This document shows, piece after piece, positions 29,098-38,800 of a stretch of DNA of 64,000 nucleotides. Position 1 is the first letter of the stretch, and each line of letters opens with the position of its first letter. Both the position numbers and the translations under genes were made by a program. Below the pieces are notes generated by a model. That model was not told the origin of the DNA. It did not search any database and saw only the letters and a list, made by a program, of their open reading frames with translations. The stretch spans positions 608,001 to 672,000 of the forward strand of contig OZ244188.1 in the NCBI GenBank assembly GCA_965216635.1, read 5' to 3'. This DNA is from a bacterium. GTDB lineage: Bacteria; SAR324; XYD2-FULL-50-16; G965216635.

Positions 29098-29201
29098 AAG
29101 AAACCTTTGCCTTGGTTAGATAGAACGAGACTTTTGCGTTGGATGATGTCAATGCAAAAGTTTCACTAACCTCGGCAGTGGTTTAAAAGCAAGTCTAAAC
29201 T

Positions 29202-29235
29202 AGGAGGGAGAAATAGCTGTATTTCTTCCTTTTTT
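29202..29235 (+). terminator. Putative intrinsic terminator
   Basis: AGGAGGGAGAAATA-GCTG-TATTTCTTCCT followed by a T run. Confidence 0.45.
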
Positions 29236-29249
29236 AGAGAAACAAGTTT

Positions 29250-29846
29250 ATGAACCAAATCCTATCTTCTTTGCCGAAAAACCTACCTATACCCCAAGAC
29301 GATAATCTTTGCTGTCATCTTGAAGGAAAGGCAATGCCTGATATTTCTTTGCTCAACTCACAGGGAAAAAGGCAAAAAATTTTCAAAAATTTTTTTTTAA
29401 ATGGTAGGTATGTGTTATATTTTTATCCTATGACTGGTAATCCTAATAAAGCGTTACCTGAAAACTGGGATAAAATTGCAGGAGCCAGAGGATGCACTCC
29501 AGAAACCTTGTCTTTCAAAAAACACCAGAATAAACTAAAGAAACTCAATGCAATTGCTATTGGAATTAGCACACAATTACACACAGAAATCAGAGAAATG
29601 AAGATAAGGTTAGCTATTGAGCATGATGTTTTAAGCGATGCTGATTTAAAGCTCGCCCGTGCCTTGTCTTTGCCTACCTTTTCCATTAAAAATCAAGTAT
29701 TTATTAATCGGCTCACTTTAGTTGTAGAAAATAAAAAAATAAAAAAATGTTTTTATCCTATTTTCCCTCCAGACAAACATATTTTTGAAGTGTTAGATTG
29801 GTTGGAAAAAACTTATGAGAAAAAACTTATGAGAAAAAACTTATGA
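29250..29846 (+). CDS. Peroxiredoxin (BCP/redoxin family)
   Basis: LP.PQDD, YFYPMTG, GARGCTP, RLTLVV, FYPIFPPDKH. Confidence 0.85.
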   Translation: MNQILSSLPKNLPIPQDDNLCCHLEGKAMPDISLLNSQGKRQKIFKNFFLNGRYVLYFYPMTGNPNKALPENWDKIAGARGCTPETLSFKKHQNKLKKLNAIAIGISTQLHTEIREMKIRLAIEHDVLSDADLKLARALSLPTFSIKNQVFINRLTLVVENKKIKKCFYPIFPPDKHIFEVLDWLEKTYEKKLMRKNL

Positions 29847-32164
29847 AAAAAAAATTACGCATTGCATTTATTTTTATTACACTGTTGTTAAGTATTACTG
29901 TTGCACCGATTTTGTTGATTTCTTTTAAAGAAATAAACACCAATATTTTTAATTCCATCATCCAAAAACAGTTTAAGAAATTTATCCCCAATTTAGAGTT
30001 AAAAGTAAAAAGCGTAAAAATTTTCTTAGACCTCAAAAAACTCAATTTACATATAAAAGCAATAGAGCCGCAGATTAGCGATGGAGCCACTGTTGGTGTC
30101 AATAGCATAGCAAGGTTTTATCAAGCAAATACAAGGCTATCTATTCTTGCTTTTTTTCAAAAAAAATTCCCGCTCAATAATGTAGATATTGAATTAAAAA
30201 GAACGGAAATAAGAAGAGTTCTTGTTTTGGTGGGAAAGTTTAGAAAATTCTCTGCCTTACAAGAATTAGAACGTATCATAAAAAGAGGAGATATTAAAGG
30301 AAAACTGCAATTCGTTTTTACCAGTGATGGTAAGATAAAAGATGATTTTATACAGGGTGAAATTCATAATCTTGATGGAAAATGGGGTGATTGGGATCTT
30401 AAAAATGTGGATTCTCATTTTAAAATCCAAAAGAACATATATAATTTGAATATAACCCGAGCAGATTTTTTTGGAATTGATTTAAAAAACAGCAAAATTC
30501 AAATAGAAAAAAAGCAAAAAAATCTAAATATTCAAGCAAGAATTAATGGCAAAGCAAAGATGTTGGATATAAATAATATTTTATCAAAAGTGAAAGGTTT
30601 TAAAAATCCAGAATTTATAAAACTTCGTAACCTATCTTTTGATATTACCAACGAAGTCCATTTTACCTTTTCAACTATTGCGGAAGAATCTAAAAAATTT
30701 AAAAATTTTTCTATTGGTGGAAAAGGAGAAATTTCTTATCTTCATCTAAAAAGTAATTTGAGTGGTGATAATAAAGAAAAACTCCACGAGATTAACAAAA
30801 ATATTCAAGAAAATATAATTTTTAAAAATAATGCAATATCTTTTTTAGCAGCAGAAAAAACTGTGTCTGTTCAGACTAAAGGACTAGTAAATTTTGCCAA
30901 TAAGTATGTAAAATATTCAGCAAAAGTTAAACTGAATCCCAAAAGTAAAAAAACTTCTTTGGCAACCCAATTTGAGAGCCAATTTAATTTAGATCCTTTA
31001 GAGCTAAATATCAAACAACTAAACTACACTAAAAAAAGGAATAGCCCCGCCTCCATTAGATTTTCGGGAAATATCAACAAAGATAAAGAATTACAAATTC
31101 GTTCTTTGAACTATTCTGAGTCAAAAAATAGAATTATTTTAAAAAACTTAAAATTCAATTCAGAATATCAAATAGAAGATTTTACAGAAATATTTTTTAA
31201 AACAAGCAACATAGGTTCAATAAACAATGATATAAAATTCAGTAAAAATAAAGAAATAATTTCTATTCAAGGTGAGGTTGTAGATGTGTCTTTTTTTTTA
31301 AAAGATATTTTAAAAAAAAAAGACAAAAAAGACAAAAAAAAGAATTTACTTAGTGACAAATTTGGAGGAAGTTTCTCAGTTAATCTGGCAAAAATCACCA
31401 ATGGAGCAAACACGGTTATATCGGATATTGAGGTATTAGGAAAATTAGAAAAAAATACAATTCCTCAGCTAAATTCTAAAGCACATTTTTCAGATGGGGA
31501 ATTATTAGCTGTCGCAGTTGAGTCTGATGGAACTAATGGAGAAAAAAAAAAACTTTTAGTTGATATAAGCAATGTTGCTTTATTTATTAATGGTTTGGGT
31601 GTTGTAGAAGATATTTTAAAAAAATTTCAAGAAGGAAAATTAGAGATTCGTGTTCAGCAAGTAGGAGAAGATTTTGAAGGTAGTTTGCAAATGACTGATT
31701 TTCTACTAAAAGAAATACCTGTTGCTGTAAAACTGTTAAACTTGGCGTCTTTGGTAGGAGAAGCGGATACATTAGCCGAGGTAGGCATAAAATTTAATGA
31801 ATTAAAAATAGATTTTCGCACGGAAAACAATCGTATCTATCTTAAAAATATGCATCTTATAAACCCCTCTAATTCATTTTTGTTGGAGGGTTTTATAGAT
31901 AGGGACAAAGATACATTAGATTTAAAAGGGGTCATTGTCCCGTTTGCTGCTTTGAATAAAATTATTGCTTTAATTCCGATATACGGAGATATTTTAGTCG
32001 GAAGTAAGATAGGAGAAGGAATTTTTGGAATAAGTTTTCAAATAAAAGGAGATCTAAAAAAACCTGATGTAACTATAAATCCGACAAAAACTATATTACC
32101 TAGGTTTATTGTCCGAGCAATAGACTACTTGGAGAAAAAATTTAAAAAGGAGCCATCTAACTAG
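29843..32164 (+). CDS. AsmA-like/YhdP-family envelope protein
   Basis: N-terminal TM anchor; C-terminal LASL.G.AD....GIKF, G.IVP...LNKII..IP..GDILVG...GEGIFG.SF.IKG and NP.KT..PRFI.R. Confidence 0.65.
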   Translation: MKKKLRIAFIFITLLLSITVAPILLISFKEINTNIFNSIIQKQFKKFIPNLELKVKSVKIFLDLKKLNLHIKAIEPQISDGATVGVNSIARFYQANTRLSILAFFQKKFPLNNVDIELKRTEIRRVLVLVGKFRKFSALQELERIIKRGDIKGKLQFVFTSDGKIKDDFIQGEIHNLDGKWGDWDLKNVDSHFKIQKNIYNLNITRADFFGIDLKNSKIQIEKKQKNLNIQARINGKAKMLDINNILSKVKGFKNPEFIKLRNLSFDITNEVHFTFSTIAEESKKFKNFSIGGKGEISYLHLKSNLSGDNKEKLHEINKNIQENIIFKNNAISFLAAEKTVSVQTKGLVNFANKYVKYSAKVKLNPKSKKTSLATQFESQFNLDPLELNIKQLNYTKKRNSPASIRFSGNINKDKELQIRSLNYSESKNRIILKNLKFNSEYQIEDFTEIFFKTSNIGSINNDIKFSKNKEIISIQGEVVDVSFFLKDILKKKDKKDKKKNLLSDKFGGSFSVNLAKITNGANTVISDIEVLGKLEKNTIPQLNSKAHFSDGELLAVAVESDGTNGEKKKLLVDISNVALFINGLGVVEDILKKFQEGKLEIRVQQVGEDFEGSLQMTDFLLKEIPVAVKLLNLASLVGEADTLAEVGIKFNELKIDFRTENNRIYLKNMHLINPSNSFLLEGFIDRDKDTLDLKGVIVPFAALNKIIALIPIYGDILVGSKIGEGIFGISFQIKGDLKKPDVTINPTKTILPRFIVRAIDYLEKKFKKEPSN

Positions 32165-32192
32165 TCCTATTGTTTTTTTTTAATATTTCCTA

Positions 32193-32332
32193 TAGATTTT
32201 TGAATTTGCATTCTGTTTAGCCTATGCAGCGTTGAAAAAATTTTTTAACTCTTAAAATACTTCAGTATTCCAGCGAGCTAAAAAATTTTTTCGCCTTGCC
32301 TAGCCGTCACATAACGCAAATTCAAAAGTCTA
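32193..32332. mobile_element. MITE-like element, basic 140-bp form
   Basis: TIRs as above; exact 5-bp flanking duplication TCCTA. Confidence 0.88.
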
Positions 32333-32415
32333 TCCTATAGATAAAAGATAAAAACCTTTGTAGAAAAAGTTTTGTTTTAAATTATAATTAACCTCTAAAA
32401 AACTAGAAATAAAAA

Positions 32416-34092
32416 ATGGAAATTCTATCAGATATAGAAATCGCAAGGCAAGCGAAGATGCTGCCTATTGTAGAAGTTGCAGCTAAATTAGGTATTGCAG
32501 AAAAAGATTTAATTGCTTACGGCTCTGATAAAGCCAAACTTTCTTGGGATTGGATGGATTCAATCAAAGACAGAGCGGACGGCAATTTAGTATTAGTCAC
32601 CGCTATTACTCCTACTCCAGCTGGAGAAGGAAAAACTACCACCACTGTAGGATTGGGAGATGCACTTAACCGTATTGGGAAAAAAACTATTATGTGTCTA
32701 AGAGAGCCTAGTTTGGGACCTTGTTTTGGTATGAAAGGTGGTGCGGCTGGAGGCGGTAAAGCTCAGGTTGTGCCTATGGAAGATATTAACTTGCATTTTA
32801 CTGGAGATTTTCATGCGATTACTTCGGCTCATAATTTATTATCGGCTATGATAGACAATCACATCCATTGGGGAAATGCTGCTGAATTAGATGTTCGTAA
32901 AATAGAATGGCGTAGAGTTTTAGATATGAACGACCGTTCTTTGCGTGATATTGCTATTGCCCTCGGTGGCACAGCCAATGGCTTTCCTAGACAGACAGGT
33001 TTTGATATTACTGTGGCTTCTGAAATTATGGCAGTTTTATGTCTTTCTAAAGACTTAAAAGATTTAAAAAATAATCTAGCTAAAATGACAATCGGCTATC
33101 GTAGAGATATGACTCCAATTTTTGCTAAAGATATGGAGGCTACAGGGGCTATGACAGTATTGCTCAAAAATGCCTTATCTCCTAACCTAGTGCAAACTTT
33201 GGAAAATAATCCAGCTTTTATTCATGGAGGACCTTTTGCTAATATTGCGCACGGCTGTAATTCGGTTTTGGCAACTCAAAAATCTTTAAAAATTGCTGAC
33301 TATGTTGTTACAGAGGCTGGCTTTGGAGCAGACCTTGGAGCTGAGAAATTTTTTGATATTAAGTGCAGAAAAAGCGGGTTGTCACCTAAAGCGGTAGTCG
33401 TTGTAGCTACTATTAGGGCTTTGAAAATGCACGGTGGTTTGGCAAAAGATGATTTAAAAAATGAAGATCTGGAGGCTATTGAAAAAGGTTTTGTGAATCT
33501 AGAAAGGCATTTAGAAAATTTGGCAAAATTTGGTGTGCCTGCACTGGTTGCAATTAACCATTTTTATACAGATACAGATGCAGAAATAGCAAAACTTCAA
33601 GAGCTGTGTCAACAAAAATCTGTCTCTGCTTATGTTTGTAAACATTGGGCTGATGGCGGTGCTGGAGCCGAAGAGCTTGCCCGAAATGTTGTAGCTACTG
33701 TGGAAAAAGGAGAGGCAAATTTCAAACTTCTTTATGCCGATGAACTTCCAGTAGAAGAAAAAATCCGCTGTATAGCACAAGAAATTTATAGAGCAGAGAA
33801 TATTCAATTAGAAGGAGCTACCAAGAAAAAAATTGAGAGAATCAACAAAGCGGGTTGGGAAAAATTTCCAATATGTATGGCAAAAACTCAATATAGTTTT
33901 ACAACAGATCCTAAGGCTTATGGGGCTCCTAGTGGACATACTCTTAAAATCCAAGACATCAAACCCAACACTGGTGCTGGTTTTCATGTGGTTATTTGTG
34001 GAGATATTATGAGAATGCCCGGCTTACCAAAAATGCCTGCTGCTAATACTATTGATTTTGATGATAAGGGAAGGGTTGTTGGTTTATTTTAA
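32416..34092 (+). CDS. fhs: Formate-tetrahydrofolate ligase
   Basis: [56 protein letters not shown]. Confidence 0.97.
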   Translation: MEILSDIEIARQAKMLPIVEVAAKLGIAEKDLIAYGSDKAKLSWDWMDSIKDRADGNLVLVTAITPTPAGEGKTTTTVGLGDALNRIGKKTIMCLREPSLGPCFGMKGGAAGGGKAQVVPMEDINLHFTGDFHAITSAHNLLSAMIDNHIHWGNAAELDVRKIEWRRVLDMNDRSLRDIAIALGGTANGFPRQTGFDITVASEIMAVLCLSKDLKDLKNNLAKMTIGYRRDMTPIFAKDMEATGAMTVLLKNALSPNLVQTLENNPAFIHGGPFANIAHGCNSVLATQKSLKIADYVVTEAGFGADLGAEKFFDIKCRKSGLSPKAVVVVATIRALKMHGGLAKDDLKNEDLEAIEKGFVNLERHLENLAKFGVPALVAINHFYTDTDAEIAKLQELCQQKSVSAYVCKHWADGGAGAEELARNVVATVEKGEANFKLLYADELPVEEKIRCIAQEIYRAENIQLEGATKKKIERINKAGWEKFPICMAKTQYSFTTDPKAYGAPSGHTLKIQDIKPNTGAGFHVVICGDIMRMPGLPKMPAANTIDFDDKGRVVGLF

Positions 34093-34095
34093 AAA

Positions 34096-34674
34096 ATGCC
34101 AATAATTCAAAAAATGGAAATAGCTAAAAATACTGTTTTACTTATCGTTGATGTTCAAAAAGGACTTGATGAATCTTTTTGGGGGAAAAGAAATAATCCA
34201 AATGCTGAAGACAATATTGGTAAACTTTTAACAATTTGGAGAAAGACAAACCGTCCAGTAATTCATATTCAACATTTGTCTTTATTACCAGATTCACCTT
34301 TAAGAGCTGGATATTGTGGATCTGAATTGAAAACTATTGTAAAACCTCAAAACGAAGAGATGCTATTTCAGAAAAATGTCAATAGTGCGTTTATCGGCAC
34401 GGGGTTAGAAAATTATTTAAAAAAACAAAATTATAAAAGTTTAGTGATTGTTGGATTGACTACACCTCATTGTGTTTCAACCACAACTCGTATGGCAGCT
34501 AATCTTGGATTTCAAACCTTTGTCGTTGCTGACGCCACTGCTGCTCACGAAGCTATTGGCTATGATGGAAAAAAATACACAGCAGAAGAAATCCATCAAA
34601 TATCCTTAGCAACGCTTCATAAAGAATTTGCTACAGTGGTAGATACCAAAACAATGTTGAGAGCTTTGAATTAG
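34096..34674 (+). CDS. Isochorismatase-family cysteine hydrolase
   Basis: LLIVDVQ, KNVNSAFIGT, GLTTPHCVSTT.R; the stop codon lies inside the adjacent TIR. Confidence 0.88.
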   Translation: MPIIQKMEIAKNTVLLIVDVQKGLDESFWGKRNNPNAEDNIGKLLTIWRKTNRPVIHIQHLSLLPDSPLRAGYCGSELKTIVKPQNEEMLFQKNVNSAFIGTGLENYLKKQNYKSLVIVGLTTPHCVSTTTRMAANLGFQTFVVADATAAHEAIGYDGKKYTAEEIHQISLATLHKEFATVVDTKTMLRALN

Positions 34675-34901
34675 CGTTCTGTTTAGCCAAAACAAGCTTA
34701 TTGCTTTTACTCTATACAGGCTTTAGCAAAAGAGCCACTGGCTCTTTTGCAGTCTATATTGTGTTAGCTTTAAGTCTTGCAGTGTTTTGCACTACGCCAT
34801 TAAAAAAAAAAATTTAACTCTTGAAATACTCCAGTATTCCAGCGAGCTAAAATTTTTTTTTGCCTTGCCTAGCCGTCACATAACACTAATTCAAAGTTCT
34901 C
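34659..34901. mobile_element. MITE-like element overlapping the 3' end of the hydrolase gene
   Basis: GAGAGCTTTGAATTAGCGTT...AACACTAATTCAAAGTTCTC with shared internal modules. Confidence 0.78.
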
Positions 34902-34926
34902 AATATCATCTAAACTAAATTGAAAA

Positions 34927-35325
34927 ATGAACCTACAAGGTCTCACTAGAAATGTAAAAAATCTAGACTGGTCTGATAATGTATCACCAGAAATAGCAAA
35001 ATATTGCAGGAATACTCGCTGGAAAACAATTTTCAGCTATGGAGATACACCGACCAATAAATTTGTCTTTGGTTTTTGTGAAATTTTAACAGAAGGCTAT
35101 GTTGGATTGCACCACCACGAAGAAACAGAAATCTACCATATTCTTAAAGGCAGGGGAGTTGTTTCTATTGATGGCAAAGATACTTTAGTGAAAATTCAAG
35201 ACACCGTTTTTCTGCCTAGCCGTGCGATTCATAGTATTCACAACCACAAAAAAACTCCTTTAGAATTTGTATATATTCTTAATACCGATTCTTTCAGTGA
35301 TGCAGAGTATATTTTTAAAAAATAG
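34927..35325 (+). CDS. Cupin-domain protein resembling the DMSP lyases DddK/DddW
   Basis: RWK, GFCEI..G..GLHHH..TEIY...G.G, HSIHN, LEF....TDSFS..EY. Confidence 0.65.
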   Translation: MNLQGLTRNVKNLDWSDNVSPEIAKYCRNTRWKTIFSYGDTPTNKFVFGFCEILTEGYVGLHHHEETEIYHILKGRGVVSIDGKDTLVKIQDTVFLPSRAIHSIHNHKKTPLEFVYILNTDSFSDAEYIFKK

Positions 35326-35550
35326 TTGAAGATCTTTTGTAGAATTTTTAAAATATGTCAGCAGTAGATTTTTTCATTACATCTAGTGACCTTTGAATTA
35401 GTGTTATGTGACGGCAGAGCTTCTTTTTGCTTCCACGAAGCAAAAAAAACTGGGTTGTAGGAATATTGTAGCGTGAAAAACTAAAGAGATTTTTGCATTA
35501 GCTTATCTAGTTTAATCTGATTTTCAATGGTAAAAATCCTTATAAACTAT

Positions 35551-35790
35551 ATTTTTTAGTTGACAAAAAAGTTTTTTTGCGAAAGACTATATTTTTTATT
35601 TGACAAAGAAGTTTTTTTGTGAAAAACTATATTTTTTAGTTGACAAAGAAGTTTTTTTGCGAAAAACTATATTTTTTAGTTGACAAAAAAGTTTTTTTGC
35701 GAAAAACTATATTTTTTAGTTGACAAAAAAGTTTTTTTGCGAAAAACTATATTTTTTATTTGACAAAGAAGTTTTTTTGCGAAAAACTAT
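35551..35790 (+). repeat. Six tandem 40-bp units, each containing TTGACA, upstream of the adhesin gene
   Basis: ATTTTTTA(G/T)TTGACAAA(A/G)AAGTTTTTTTG(C/T)GAAA(A/G)ACTAT x6; TTGACA at 35560, 35600, 35640, 35680, 35720 and 35760. Confidence 0.92.
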
Positions 35791-35830
35791 ATAAGTTCAC
35801 TTTTTTTATTATTAAAAATTAACCTATCGT

Positions 35831-38800
35831 ATGATTATGAAAAAAATACTATCTTTCTTATTGCTGTTTGTTTTGAGTACCCATTTTATTTTGGCTCAAA
35901 CAGAAACTATTAATATAGAAAAACCTAACGTAGAAGGGCTTTCTAACAATCAGGTTTCCGATTTTGATGTTAACGCAGATGGAACTATTTTAAACAATAG
36001 TGCAACTGGAGGATTGTCCGAGCTAAACGGAACAAATGTGTTTCCTAATCCCAATATTAAAAAAGATAGCGAAGCAAAGGTTATCTTATTCCAAGTGACT
36101 GAAAATAATAATAGTGGATTAGACGGAAAAATAGAAGTATTTGGCGTTACGGCCGGAGTAATTATAGCGAATCCTAATGGAATCACCTGCAATGGTTGTG
36201 GTTTTATCAATGCTAGCAAGGTAGATTTAGTTACAGGCACAGTCAATACAGAGGGGGGTGTGCAGAACTTTATTATAAATGGTACAGGAAGATTTGTGAC
36301 AGGAACGAACGGATTTGAAGGTGATGCTGTACTAGATGAATTAAACATAAGATCAGGTGATTACACTCAATCTGGGGCTATAGATATTTATGGTGATCTT
36401 AATATCCAAGTAAGCGGAGAAGCTCGTTTAGATGAGGCTGCTTCTATTGAAAGCCGTAATCTTTCATTTTCAGCGAACTCTATCTCCAATCAAGCAGATT
36501 TTACTATTACTGATAGTGCTGCTTTTGATATTGAGAAAAATTTTGTGAACGGAGATAGCGAAAACGAAGGTGGAGATATTATTGCGGGCAGTTTTCAGGT
36601 CACAGGAGTTAGATTTTCTAATTACAACGCAACAATTACTGCTGATAGCTTTACTGTTACAGCAGAAAATGACTTTTATAATGACAACTCTGCAACGATT
36701 AATGCAGGTAGCTTTACTGCCACAGCATCTGAACTTCGCAATAGAGGAACGATTAATGCGGGCAGCTTTCTGGTCGTCACAGGAGTTAGATTTACTAATG
36801 ACAGCAACGCAACAATTAATGCTGATAGCTTTAATGTTACAGCAGAAAATTACTTTTATAATGAAAATTCTGCAACGATTAATGCAGACAGTTTTACTGC
36901 CACAGCATCTAGTCTTACCAATAAAGGAACGATTGCAGCTTACACTCTTTTGGATATCACATTGACTAGCGAATCACCAAATAGCTTTACTAATAATAAT
37001 GGCAATGGCGAAGTGACTAGTGCAGATACTTTCAATCTTTCTGTAGGCGGTAATTTTGATTATAAAAGGGATTTTCTAAATAATGGAACTATTAATACTA
37101 ACAGCTTCAATCTCAATGTTGGTGGTAATTTTAGCAACGGCGATGCAAACAATGACTTTACTTGGGGCGGAAATAATAGCCTTAATGTGTCTGGAAATGC
37201 TGATATTACCACAAGAAATTTTACTCAATATGGTGTAGTAAATGTTGATGGTATTTTTACTATTAATGCGAATAGTTTTGTTTATGATGCAAACAACGAT
37301 TTCACTTGGGGCGAAAATAATAAACTTAATGTGACTGGAACTGCTTCTGTTATTGCAAATAGTTTTAATAATAGAGGAACTCTAAATGCTAATAGCTTTG
37401 ATATTACAGCAACGGATCTTACTAACACTGGAACTATTAGTGCTAATACTACTTTGAATACAACATTGAGTAGCACTGCAAGTAACAGTTTTTCTAATAC
37501 TGGCGGAGTAGCTAGTGCAAATACATTCAATCTTTCTGTAGGCGGTGATTTTGACTATGTTGCTGATAGAGGAACTATCACTGCTAATAATTTCAGCCTT
37601 AATGTTGGTGGTAATTTTAGCAACAACGATGCGGCTAACAATTTTACTTGGGGCGCAAACGATAGTTTGGTTGTATCTGGAACTGCTTCTGTTTTTGCAA
37701 ATAGTTTTAATAATAGAGGAACTGTCAATGCTAATAGCTTTGATATTACTGCAACGGATCTTACTAACACTGGAACTATTAGCGCTAATACTACTTTGAA
37801 TACAACATTGAGTAGCACAGCAAATAACAGTTTTTCTAATACTGGAGGAATAGCTAGTGCAGATACATTCAATCTTTCTGTAGGCGGTGATTTTGATTAT
37901 ATCAGCAATTTTTCAGGCAATGGAACTATTAATTCTAACAGCTTCAATCTCAATGTTGGTGGTGATTTTAGAAACGAGGATGCAAATGACGATTTTACTT
38001 GGGGCGCAAACGATAGTTTAGTTGTAGCTGGAGCTGCTTCTGTTATTGCAGACAGTTTTAATAATAGCGGAACTCTAAATGCTAATAGCTTTAATATTAC
38101 TGCAACGGATCTTACTAACACTGGAACTATTAGTGCTAATACTACTTTGAATACAACATTGAGTAGCACAGCAATTAAAAGTTTTTCTAATACTGGAGGA
38201 ATAGCTAGTGCAGATACATTCAATCTTTCTGTAGCTGGTGATTTTAATTATATTCGCGATTTTCTAAACAATGGAACTATTAATTCTAACAGCTTCAATC
38301 TCAATGTAGGCGGTGATTTTAGAAAAAACGATGAAGACAATGATTTTACTTGGGGCGAAAATAATAGCCTTAATGTGACTGGAACTGCTTATGTTATTGC
38401 AAATAGTTTTAATAATAGCGGAACTCTAAATGCTAGTAGCTTTAATATTACAGCAACGGATCTTAATAACACTGGAGGAACTATCAATGCTGACAATATT
38501 TTGAATACAACATTGACTAGCACAGCAGATAACAGTTTTTCTAATACTGGCGGAGTAGTTGCAGATACCTTCAATCTTTCTGTAGCGGGCGATTTTAATT
38601 ATATTAGCGATTTTCTAAACAATGGAACTATTAATACTAACAGCTTCAATCTCAATGTAGGCGGTAATTTTAGCAACGACGATGCAGCTAACGATTTTAC
38701 TTGGGGCGAAAATAATAGCCTTAATGTGACTGGAACTGCTTCTGTTATTGCAAATAATTTTAATAATAGCGGAACCCTAAATGCTAATAGCTTTGATATT

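Noticed and set aside
35551..35790. CRISPR array
   Set aside because: Units are contiguous with no unique spacers, and there are no cas genes in the window.
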